A stretch of 63,936 nt of DNA, the filler included, from Olpidium bornovanus S191 (Eukaryota; Fungi; Olpidiomycota): assembly GCA_017911155.1 (NCBI GenBank). It is 27 parts of 27 records of this genome, joined end to end, with 100 filler letters (N's around TTAATTAATTAA, not from the genome) between each part and the next. Parts side by side here need not be neighbours in the genome. Positions count along the whole stretch, not along the records: positions 1 to 3,922 come from JAEFCI010008060.1; positions 4,023 to 5,276 come from JAEFCI010001461.1; positions 5,377 to 7,318 come from JAEFCI010003429.1; positions 7,419 to 9,212 come from JAEFCI010007864.1; positions 9,313 to 13,249 come from JAEFCI010010317.1; 22 more parts are not named here. One strand, 5' to 3'. Made by a program: the position numbers and the translations under genes. Shown here one piece after another: positions 1-10,657 of the stretch; positions within the stretch are counted from its first letter, which is position 1, and each line of letters opens with the position of its first letter. Below the pieces are notes generated by a model that saw only the letters and a program-made list of their open reading frames with translations, searched no databases and was not told where the DNA came from.

Positions 1-1758
1 CATGCAGTTGACACTATAATAAAGCTACCAACTTGATAGTTTCGGCGTAGTACGGATATCCAGGTGCAAGGTTTGCTATAAGCATAGCCATACTCTTGCC
101 ACCCAACGAGTCCTGCAGAAGCCTCGTCATTTTTGATGCCCGAAATGGTATGTGAGTCTGAGTGTGCGGCGTAATTCTATTAGTTCGCGTATACCGGTGG
201 TGTCACCGCTAACGTGTAGGTTTTGCTTTTACCCACCGCCCCAGTATTAAGCGCTTCCACCACCCGTCCCAATGCAAACAAACTGGCGTTAATTGCGCCG
301 CTTTCCGCCATACGCTCCTTGCCGTTTTCTGTTCGCCGGTTGTCCTCTGAACCCGCTAAATCAATGAGATGAATTTTGCCCGTCCTCGAAGCTTTGGTAT
401 CCGGATCGGTGCACGTGACCTACTCGGCACATATCGACGCTTGTCAGCAGATATATCACGACATTGACGACATCGACGGGTGCATTTACTTACGTGTAGC
501 CTGAGCACCGCGTGCGAGCGACTGCTGCAACTGTTGAGAGCTGTGCTGGCCACGCTCCTGTTTTTGCAAGCCGTGGCAAATGTGCGCGTGAAGGAGTCGT
601 AGTCCTTGATGGGTTTCTAGCTCACGCGTACAAATCGCGTTTAGCACAAAAACAGTTCGAGAGGCGAGCCGACGCTCATCTCCGAAGACGGAACACCAAC
701 CTCCGATAAATTAGAGATATAGATATTCTTCTGTGCATCCTCCCTGATGTCGTACTTCTTGTTCTGTACGAACAGATCACGCGGAACACTCGCAGACGTG
801 AGCGGCAGGGAACGGTATCGCGCGTCCAGCTCCACAGCTTGAGACAGCCTACCTTGTCCGATTTGACCAGCAAATCTCGCACGTTCTCCAGATACACCTC
901 CAAATATGAAAACTTGATATCGACTTTGTACGGCGCTTGGGTTTCCTTCTCCTCGAACAACTTTTTCACGGTCCGCGGGATGATGCCAGGATCCTCCTCT
1001 GTTCCTTGTATGGTGTGAGTTTTACCCGAACCGGTTACACCGTAGCAAAAAATCGTCGTGTTTATTCTTTTGATAGGAGTGTTGCCGTAGGTGATCAGTG
1101 CGGGCTGCTACTCATTTAAAGCGCGAGAACCCACCGCCCGCCGTTTGGAGGCCAGACCGCGTCGGGTTACGTACCCTTTGAAGCAGTTCTTGATAACAGA
1201 CCAAACTTGCTCAAACAGCGTCGCCTGTCCCGTTTTGGGCCCGTAGCATCGATCGAAGCTGGTCGTAAAAAACCAAGGTGAAGGATACTCAGCTGCCAGT
1301 TCGCTTTACCGAACAACGTGAAGTACGCGTAAAAACGCGGTTGATCGGGACGCCGTCCTAACTACCACCGCGTTGCTGTTAAAAGCGGCACGGCACTACA
1401 GCGCCTCCAACAAGGGACGCGTTGGAAAAAAAATGTGACGCATGCGGGGCCTACTCGGGGATGACTCAGAGGAGCCCCGCTTTTCGCGTCGCACTTACGT
1501 AAACTGCTCCACAGCGTCGGGAGTACGCGGGTTGTTGACTACTACGTTGTTTTCTTCGACGTGCAGGATTTCGTCTGCCTGTTCGTGCGGGAGAGAAGGC
1601 CGCACACGGCACACGACTTTGACTTTCTGGTCGCCGGCACCTTCCCCGTGCCCCGCTGCATTACTACTCCCTCCTTCCCCTGCTCCTCCTCCCCCTCCCC
1701 TCTTTCCTCCCCCTCCCCGTCCCCGCCGCGCACGGCCGGCGCGCGTCTCGACCGTCAT
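1..1758 (-). CDS. Kinesin motor protein, kinesin-10/KIF22-like; multi-exon, 3'-truncated
   Basis: Exons give [18 protein letters not shown]-loop [26 protein letters not shown], switch I SSRSHA, switch [15 protein letters not shown] and [23 protein letters not shown] is typical of kinesin-10. In-frame ATG at 1758. Confidence 0.93.
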
Positions 1759-2089
1759 TTTTCTGCTTTTCGTTCCGCGCGGGCTGCTGCCGCCGCCGCC
1801 GCCGACGCGAACGGTGGGTTCCTTTCGCACTGTGTGTGTGTGTCGCCTTTCTCGCTGGATCTGGGGGACGGACGCGAAGCGGGGGAATTGGGAAAGGTGG
1901 GGCGGGGCGGGGGCGGGGCGGCGGGGGGGTTTTGTGGACGGGACGGGGGCGCGCCCCGTTTCCCCGTGCGGGCCACTCTCTTTCTTTCTCGCTAGCCCCG
2001 ACCGCGGGCGGGCACCCCGCTGCTCCGCTCCTCCTCCCCTCCGCTCCTCCTCCCCCCCCACCCCCCCCCCCCCCCCCCCCCCCCCCCCG

Positions 2090-2124
<35 letters not shown>

Positions 2125-2293
2125 ACCACCCGCGCGCCCTCGGGTTCTAGGCCCCTTGCGCCCCGCTGCCGCGTCGCCGCGCGCTTTCTTTTCGTTGCCG
2201 ACGGCAATAATCTCGGCGCGCGGGCGAGGCCTGCGCCGCCGCAACCGCGAACCGAAAACGACAGCCGTTGGCGGCCCGCAGCCGCGCTTCTTC

Positions 2294-3922
2294 ATGAGCT
2301 GGCGCCTAGCCGTGGCGGATCCCCCCCCTGTTCTGAAGGTGTACGCCGTGCTGTACACTCACCAGAAACACAAAAAGTCAAAAACCTGGTAGGTTGGCGC
2401 GTTGTCCGAGGCATCCTGCTTGTTGCGCATCAAGGCGCAGGCGAGTGGCGGCTGCGCTGATCGAGCGTGCGGCGGCGCCAGATTCTCCCTAACGTTGACA
2501 TTCGGGTGCACTTTCCGACCCAGGCAAGATGGTAGGTGAGCCGCTTCCGATCGCGGGCATATTGACTTCAGAGGCGCGTCAGAATGAACAGCAACATTGT
2601 GCGTCGGTCACGCGACAGGCAAAGTCAAGCTGTATCAGAACACATCGAAGGTAGTCGTCGGGCTTGCAGCAGGCGTATCTGCTTCCTAGTTCACATATGT
2701 CTAACGCGCCTCCAAGGCCGTTTTATTTGACGACAAAGGATTCAAACTCGACAGGCAGGTACCGTTGTGCGGCGCGCGAGCGGAAATTGTTCCGCTAATC
2801 CTGGGCCTTCTTCTATGCCGCAGCCACTTTTGCAAAGGTCGACCCGTTGTGATTGGAGAATTGTACGATTTCGACCGCCATTTGGTCGTTTTCGATGAAT
2901 TTCTATTCGAAGAAGCGGAGAATTCGGCCGAACAACCTTCGCTTCGTGCGCCGCAAACCGTACGGTTCCCTTAATGCATTTTGCAAGCAATTGATCGTTG
3001 AAGACGCCTTACCGGCCATGCTTTCCTCAGCCGACGCGGGCCTTGCCAGTGCTAAACACCGCCGGCGTCCTTGGACTTCGATCGCAAACACGACAAGCGT
3101 TCCCTGCGCAGGCAGCATCTTGCTTAACGTCAGTCGCTCATCGCATTCGACTCCCTGCTGAGCAAGCCGGCGAGGCATCGCGAAGTCCCGCGTGTCCACG
3201 CGTGTTCCCGGTCCAATCACCGTCCGCCTTTACCAGCGCACGGTGCGAAACCGTTCCACCGTCGGCGACCCCTCGTGGTGGAGCTCAACCGTCGCCGCCG
3301 CTGACGGATGAATTTCCCGGTGAAAAAGAGGTACGTGTACATCACTGAGGTGCGCGGGAGTTATCAATTGGTCGTAACGCGTATACCACAGCCGTCACGG
3401 AAGCGGTCCCGCACGTCCTCGAGTGCTTTTGAGACACGCGCATTTAGCCCTGTGGTGGACAGCGGTGACCCGAACGGACGCGCATTTCCAAGTAAAGCGC
3501 CCGACCAAAGGTTGGGCTCATCCGTTAAGTTCAAGTGCGCAGTTTGTGAGCGTACGAAAATATAGCCTCAAGTTGCCGCCCTAGTCTGAGATCGGCTTTT
3601 GTTTCTAGAACGCCGCCACCGTCAGGTTTATACTTTCCATCCATGGATACATGCGGCAATCGAAACCCTCATACCATGGGCCCTCCGATGCGCAAGATGA
3701 GAGTCGGCGTTCGTTTTGTGAGTATGGGCAGTAAGGTTGGTGCGCACCAGCGGATCGTACTAATCACTTGCCCACCAGCAATCCCTTCACAGCTACCGTG
3801 ATACCATGGTACTTCTCGTCAACGAACACTTACAGGTGGGTCGATACTAAGCTTCGTCCTAATCTGCATCTTCTGTATGTGACCAACAAAGATTGACCTT
3901 GTCACTGTTCGCCTCGAACAGG
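2294..3922 (+). CDS. DUF2439-domain protein (ZGRF1 N-terminus / Mte1 / Dbl2-like); multi-exon, downstream exons unresolved
   Basis: Exons 2294-2388, 2524-2531, 2619-2650, 2717-2754 and 2824 onward splice to YAVLYTHQKHKKSKTWQDGKVKLYQNTSKAVLFDDKGFKLDSHFCKGRPVVIGELYDFDRHLVVFDE. This aligns by eye with the ZGRF1 start (VLYTHQKxKKSKxWQDG...KAILYDDKG...DRYL). Confidence 0.88.
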
Positions 3923-4089
3923 NNNNNNNNNNNNNNNNNNNNNNNNNNNNNNNNNNNNNNNNNNNNTTAATTAATTAANNNNNNNNNNNNNNNNNNNNNN
4001 NNNNNNNNNNNNNNNNNNNNNNCATGGCTTTCGTCAGCCCCCGTGATCAAAGCGTCGCTAAATCGCACAAGGAGACGCGCAATCAAAAC

Positions 4090-4920
4090 CTATCTCACCT
4101 GATAAATGTGCGCCGTCCACATCGGCGGCGGTGCCGCAGGGAAAGCCTTGTGGAAGGCCGAGAGCTCATCGCTCAGGCACGAATCGTGAGCTTCGACGTA
4201 GGACAAAAACTCGCAAATAAGGCCATGTTGCGCAGTGCAATTGACGCGCGCAGTTAGTCCTTCCGGCTCAGCTCGAAGAGCTGGCTTCGCGAGGTACTCG
4301 TAAAGCTCCCGCACACCCCGCGGACTGGCCAGGCCAAAACCAGCCATCTTCCCACCGGCGCGGTGCTGCCGGCATGCCGAACGACTCACTCCAAGCTGAA
4401 TTTCAAGCAAAACTTGGCACTTACGGCGCCACTGGTTCGAAGTCGTCGTCGTCGCAAAGTTCCGCCGAAAGCCCCCGGTGACGGACATGGTGTCCGCATC
4501 AAAGATCCAGCATTCCTGAATTATGCGCTCCGGATCGATCTCCGGCAGGCATGACAGGGAGACGCATTCCGCGGTCGCGGGCACCTTCTCGCACGGAAGG
4601 CTTGACATGAACTTCCCCAGGCACTGCGCGCGCAGCTCTGGTCGGTGCGGGAGAATGAGGCAGACAGGGGCACCCTGACGACGCGCCATGGCTCGCGGGC
4701 GCCCAGGCTTGGCCCGACGTCCCCAAACTTCTCGCACACAAGGGTAGCGGATCTCTCGACCTCCGAGGAGGGCCACAAGCCGGTCCCACACGCGTGGCTC
4801 CTCAAGCCAGGATAACGCGTGTCGGCACCATTTCTGCAGGCCCTCCCGGTCGGCAAGCAACACCTCCAACGCCCCCGGCACCATCACCTTGTTGAGGAGG
4901 TTGACCAAGATCTGCCGCAA
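4090..4920 (-). CDS. Hypothetical protein; long exon with no recognised family
   Basis: About 270 open codons of normal complexity, preceded by a pyrimidine tract and CAG acceptor near 4912; no motif recognised. Confidence 0.4.
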   Translation of the reverse strand: MRQILVNLLNKVMVPGALEVLLADREGLQKWCRHALSWLEEPRVWDRLVALLGGREIRYPCVREVWGRRAKPGRPRAMARRQGAPVCLILPHRPELRAQCLGKFMSSLPCEKVPATAECVSLSCLPEIDPERIIQECWIFDADTMSVTGGFRRNFATTTTSNQWRRKCQVLLEIQLGVSRSACRQHRAGGKMAGFGLASPRGVRELYEYLAKPALRAEPEGLTARVNCTAQHGLICEFLSYVEAHDSCLSDELSAFHKAFPAAPPPMWTAHIYQVR

Positions 4921-5006
4921 GGCGCGAAAAGACAGAAAACGGGAAATACGTCAGGCATGGACATCAGAGACCGCGCGGATAAAAAGACCCAAAAGGCCAC
5001 GGGCGG

Positions 5007-5276
5007 AAGCTTATGCTGGAAGGACGTTCGACGACCCCCGTATAATGCTGCGAGCTTGGGACCCCTGCTCCGGTGGCCGACCGTCAGAGACCCGCGCCCG
5101 CACGCACCCCGGGAGAGCCGCCTTCAGCCCTCCATGCTGTAACTGGGCAGCGGATGCAAGCTTCTGCTGGAAGGACGTCTGACGACCCCCGGATAATGCT
5201 GCGGGCTTGGGACCTCTGCTCCGGTGGCCAACCGTCAGAGACCCGCGCCCGCACGCACCCCGGGAGAGCCGCCTTC
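5007..5276. repeat. 151-bp tandem repeat, about 1.8 copies, cut by contig end
   Basis: AAGCTT.TGCTGGAAGGACG...GGGAGAGCCGCCTTC occurs from about 5007 and again from about 5158. Confidence 0.9.
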
Positions 5277-6100
5277 NNNNNNNNNNNNNNNNNNNNNNNN
5301 NNNNNNNNNNNNNNNNNNNNTTAATTAATTAANNNNNNNNNNNNNNNNNNNNNNNNNNNNNNNNNNNNNNNNNNNNCATGCGTTTCTCACGCCACAAGAA
5401 GGAACGTTTTGCGCAAAACATTAGCATCCGGGGTCACTGGCATCTCCCAATGAACTTGCGGTCAAAGCTTGTCATAGCTCTCAAATCACTGGCTGTTCTC
5501 CGGGTTGCCTGATGTTCGTATCAAAAACTCCTAGCGTGGCATATTGGTGGGAAACCTGGGCACAGGCTGACCGGGCGCGGTCATTCGGAAAAGAGCGGTC
5601 GAAGACTTACTGCTGCAGACGCGCCACGCTCCTCGCGGGCGTTCTCGAGTACATCAGGACCAGTGCTCACTACGTGAATGCACCTGCCCGAGTTGGTTGG
5701 GGGTCGCAGAGAGTACCGGGGAGGGGGGGGTCTCCGGCCGGAGAGAAGGAAAGGGGTTGGGGTGAGGATGTTTGATTCGAGGAAGCTTGAAGGAGCTCAC
5801 GGGGAGCTGCTCTATTCCTCTCTATCCTACCCCGTCTGCCCCACCTCATAGATAGTAATTCACCGGGGGCCGGGGAGGGGAAAGGAGGACGGCGTTGGTG
5901 CTTCCGCCCCTCGACCCCTCCTTCCTTCCTTGTTCCCCTTCCCCTTCCCTCCCCCCCCTCCCCCCTCCCCCCCGGTCGGGGCGGAGGAAGAGGGGGGGAG
6001 CGGGGCCAACGACCCCCCCGTTTCTTTCCCTTTTCTCGTTTTTGTTTACCGTCCGGCCTTCCCGGAAAATAAACGTGACAACCCGCCGTCCGGCCCCGGG

Positions 6101-6107
6101 TATATAA
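6101..6107 (+). promoter_or_regulatory. TATA box
   Basis: TATATAA in a GC-rich context about 95 nt upstream of an ATG at 6201. Confidence 0.5.
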
Positions 6108-6200
6108 GGCGGCGGGGCCCGCGCTCCCGAACTCCCGCCTCGCCACGCCGTCCAGCTCCCCTCCACCCACTCCCCACCGCTCCACCCCGCGCTTCCGACA

Positions 6201-7318
6201 ATGCTCCGCTCCACTCGCGCGGCAGCCCGCCCGTTGCCCTCCCAAGCACAGCCGGTCTGCCGCGTTGCCTGCGCGTTTTTGAGCGCGCACCTATTTGGAG
6301 CCGACTGTGGTACGTCCACATCGCCGCCCTCTGCAAAACTCTTCCCGCCCCGGGGCAGGGGCCTCCGGCACCTGGCAGACGTGATGAAATTTGTTTAGAT
6401 GACGAGTCCGACGTGTTCAGTGTGACGAGCGCAAAACCACAATATACCATTCATGCATAACTGAGCTTGCAACCGGCGTGCTTTTCTCGTTTGGTGTTCG
6501 CCAAAGGCGTACGTGACTGAAACGTTTTGTTCTCTCCTCTGTCGTTGCGGTCAAACAGGAGCGTTCGACTCTGCCATGCAACGGTACCGCGCCTGAGGTG
6601 ATTACTTATTTTGTGTTTGTTTGACGGAGGCGGTTTGGCGCCGAGAAGGGAACAGGAAAATTTACATTGCCTGGGCCTCCGATTTGCTATTGGTTCAGAC
6701 CGAACTCCAGACCACCGTGCATGAGTCCGGTCCAAGGCGCACTAGCAGAGAATGTGAGCCATGTTATCACGTCGTTTTTCAGATGCCGAGACAAACGGGG
6801 GATGAAGCGAAAAATCAAAGACAAGCATATGTCTGATGATATTATGAAGAATATCGATATTCACACTGTCTGACGTAAATTCGAGGGTGGACAGCCAGTT
6901 GGCGGCTAATAGATTGTTTCTAATTATCACCACGACGTTTTCCGTTTGTTTCAGATGTTAAACGGATACAAGGAGCTTATGCGCAGAACTTTTCAGCGAC
7001 GGTCCTGCCTTGCCGATTTGGTAAGTTGCGGTAGATGTCGTTTACAATACACAATCCTGATGAGCCCATCAATATCACGACGGTCTCCTTAGACGCAAAC
7101 GTCGCGTCGGTGATTAAGACTGCCTTTGGCATTTATTCTGAATTGTCGAAATGCTTCGAATTCTGTTCTGGAAGCAATGTGCCGCGCTGATTATTCTCCG
7201 TATTCCTGTTTTTTATCAAAGGTTCTGGAATATTTCTGGTGCACTGATCTAAGATTGCTGAACAGGACTTGTGGAAGTTCATTTTGTACGGAAATGTATC
7301 CGTTATAAGGATAACATG
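6201..7318 (+). CDS. Probable multi-exon gene of unknown function; N-terminus resembles a mitochondrial presequence
   Basis: MLRSTRAAARPLPSQAQPVCRVA is Arg/Ala/Ser-rich with no acidic residues, followed by several GT-AG bounded blocks. The exon chain was not resolved. Confidence 0.3.
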
Positions 7319-7511
7319 NNNNNNNNNNNNNNNNNNNNNNNNNNNNNNNNNNNNNNNNNNNNTTAATTAATTAANNNNNNNNNNNNNNNNNNNNNNNNNN
7401 NNNNNNNNNNNNNNNNNNCGCCTTTTTGTGGTGGTGGGCTGTCTAGTGCTGTTCTGCGGTGGGGCGTGGCCCTGCGTGTGGGGGGGGAGGGTGCGGGCGG
7501 GGAGCCGAGGG

Positions 7512-7791
7512 GGGCGCCGGACGACGTCGGTGCGATAAGACGGCGTGCGAATCAGGCCGGTTGGCTGACCGCGATCGCCCGTTTCGAAAGAGCGCTTTGC
7601 AGTCGCGAAAGCGACATACCCAAGGCGCTGCGCACAAAATGCGTTTAGAGAGCCTGCCCGAGAATCCCATTCATTTGTAAAGGGCAGCCGGAAACCGTCA
7701 TCGCGCTTCCTGCGGCGCGCGCCGGCTCCGGCACGCATCCCTCTGTCTTTCTCCTCGACGGCGGGAGAGGGGGCGTTGTCCATTTGCAATT
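7512..7791 (-). repeat. Dispersed ~280-bp repeat, copy A
   Basis: The reverse complement aligns with 54951-55220 through long shared blocks such as GCAGGAAGCGCGATGACGGTTTCCGGC, TCTCTAAACGCATTTTG and ATCGCACCGACGTCGT. Confidence 0.9.
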
Positions 7792-9312
7792 TGTAATTTG
7801 CAATTTGTGCGGCGAAAGAAAGATATACTCATCCACAGGAAAACCTCAAGAGGCAGAATTCGGGCCCGCGTGGTGGGGGACGTGCTGCGTAGCGAAGGTT
7901 AAACGTCGAGGTAGTGCTGCCTGACGTCTCAAAACACCTGTTGTCTCAACACTTCACCGTTAAATGCTTCTCTTTCAAAGGCCCCGTTGAAATGCTCCTT
8001 GAAGGATTGCCTGGTGACAATCGACGTGCTGTCTGTAGCGCCCGTATTGCCCGTACCGACTTTATTCCAAAGCACCCTCTGTATCACCCGTAACAACTTC
8101 ACTTTGATGCGCCCATCAAAGCGCCTGCCCCGGTGGGCTGGACAGCTTCCCCGGGGAAGGGGGGGGGTATAAAAGCCCCATCGGGAAGTGTGCCACAGGT
8201 GAATTCGCGCTTCGCCCTCACCCGAACACAACAACAAGAAAACAAACGCTTTCCCTTCCATCTCCGCCATCGCTCCCCGCTCCCGCTCCTCCGCTTCCGG
8301 CTTTGCTTTCGCAGCTATGGGCCTTACCAAAGTGGAGAATCCCTTGTCCGCCGCCTCCCGCTCTCGCTCACCGTCGCCTGAGCCTTCGCCTGCATCGCCT
8401 ACGCCTTCGACGCCTGCTTTGAAATCTGCTGTGACCCCCACCTTGCTGCCCGTCGTAGCCCGGGCCTCATCCCCAGCCTCGCCACCCGTGTCGCCTGCGT
8501 CCACATTGCCTGTGCTTTTGACGCCTGCTTCGACGAATACACTGGCTTAGTCCCCCAGCACGCCGCGGTTCGATTAACAATCGATTATTCGATATAATCC
8601 AATTAGAGTTGATTAGTAAATAGTGGTTTAGATCCACCTCTCAACGGCAACTGCGGACGCCGTGGCTGAACGCAGGCTGCCGCCCGCGAGATCGCTGAGA
8701 CCCAGGCTCGCGTGGCCAAGCTGGAGAGCCTCGTCATCGCCCGCCGCGCTGCTAACGATTAAGCCCGCGTCCTCCAAGCCACCCACGAAAAAGAGGCGCC
8801 CCCCCAGCGCTGCTGGCAGAACTCACGACCTCCTCTTCCACTGAAGGTACACACCTTCTGTCGTCCGTTCTTCACGAGTTGAGCCCTCCTCCACGTGCCT
8901 GTTCCTCCATCTGCGTGTCGGTCCCTTCTCTGTGCCTGTCCGCCCAGCTCGAACAGCAGCGCCTTCAAGCTGGGCCTGCTGCTGCCTCGGGCCCCACGCC
9001 GGTTCTACTGCTGTAAATGCCTGCGCATGCGCCACCAGCCCGCGAGCTGCCGACACACCCCATGTCTGTCACTTTATATAGGCGCCACTGCCATGGCCGG
9101 CGCCAACGCAGATATGTGGGTGTGTGTGTGTGTCTGGATAGTGTGTGGAAGTTATGTGTTTTGCCGTCGGTGCTCCGGCAAGGCGGAGAACGCGTTTGCG
9201 TTTATTCAAGGANNNNNNNNNNNNNNNNNNNNNNNNNNNNNNNNNNNNNNNNNNNNTTAATTAATTAANNNNNNNNNNNNNNNNNNNNNNNNNNNNNNNN
9301 NNNNNNNNNNNN

Positions 9313-10657
9313 CATGTCCGCCTTATAATCGTATCCTAACTGCTCCATCACCTCCGGGGCCATCCAACAAGGGGTTCCCACAAAGGTCTTTCGCCGTCCG
9401 CGCATATCGCTGTGATCGTGAAGAGACGAGGATACGCCAAAATCTCCCAGCAGCACGTGACCATTCTCATCCATTAAGAGGTTGCCGGCCTTCACGTCTC
9501 TGTAGGGAAGCAGGGTTAGGTGCATGTCAACAAATCCTCCCCGCACATCAAGCTTGGCAAAGTCGACCCTCACCGGTGTATATGGCCATTTTTGTGCAGG
9601 TAGTCTAGGCCCAGCAGGACCTGTCTAAGAATCGTGGCAATGGACACCTCGTCTATACCTTCGGGGTGCGCGAGCTTCAGGATATCCAAACAGGAACCTT
9701 ATAGCAACCTGACCAATTAGTAGTCGACCGGGATTGGCAACGACAACGCGAAGTAAGGACGGCAGCAGACCTGCGGATAAGAACGGCGTGATGATATATA
9801 ACTTGGAGCCAGTGACGAACGAGCCGTAAACACGGAGGACGTGTGGATGGCGGCACAGCGACATGACCTGTGTTTCTCGCTGGAAACGGACTGCAGCAGT
9901 TAGTTGACGGCTCGCGGACGCAACGGTGCAAAAGCACCGGCTAAACGGAAAAATACAATTGACAGCAAGAGCGCACACGAAGTTCGTCGATTTGGTTCCT
10001 TTCAAACCTGTCCAGGTCAATAACCTTGACGGCAACGTTCTTGCTTAACGGTCTATAAGCGGCTATGTGCACGACTGCCGAGCCGCCGAATCCTGCGGCA
10101 AGGGCGTAAGCGGGTGACGACGAGGACAACGGTCACGGTCTGGTCGGTCAGTCGGGTCAGACGCGAGGTCCGCCTGCGGCAAGGCGCTCCGACTCACCGA
10201 TGATGTTCTTCAGATCGTAGTCCTCTGGGTTGAGCGAAAACAGCTCCTCAGGCAAGCCGCGCCCCCTACGTATTTTATACTGCGCGCTTGGCGCCGGAAT
10301 GCTGGAGGTCCGCCTCAGGGCCGCAGTTGACGCCATCTCGGCGGTCATGGTCAGGGACCGTCCCATGTGAGGACGTTGGACTAGTGGTCTCCAGGGATCG
10401 CGTGGTGCAGGTGCCAGCGGCGGCGACGCGGGCGACGGTGACACAGACGAGCTCGGCTGTTGCCTTCCGCTGGATTCGAGCAGCGCGGAAGGTTGCGCCG
10501 GTGGGGCCACCTGTCGCGGCTGCGGTCCGAGGGCGCCCTGACTCTGCTGCTGGGCATCCTCCTGCTGGTCCCGGGGCTGTATCTGCTGCGGGCCGAGCTG
10601 AGGCAGCGGGTGGCCTTGTAGCTCGACCTGCTGCGTGGGCGACTCCTGCTGCTGCAT
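9313..10657 (-). CDS. STE20-family Ser/Thr kinase, OSR1/SPAK (Fray)-like; 3'-truncated
   Basis: [79 protein letters not shown]-rich N-terminal extension from the ATG at 10657. Confidence 0.93.
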
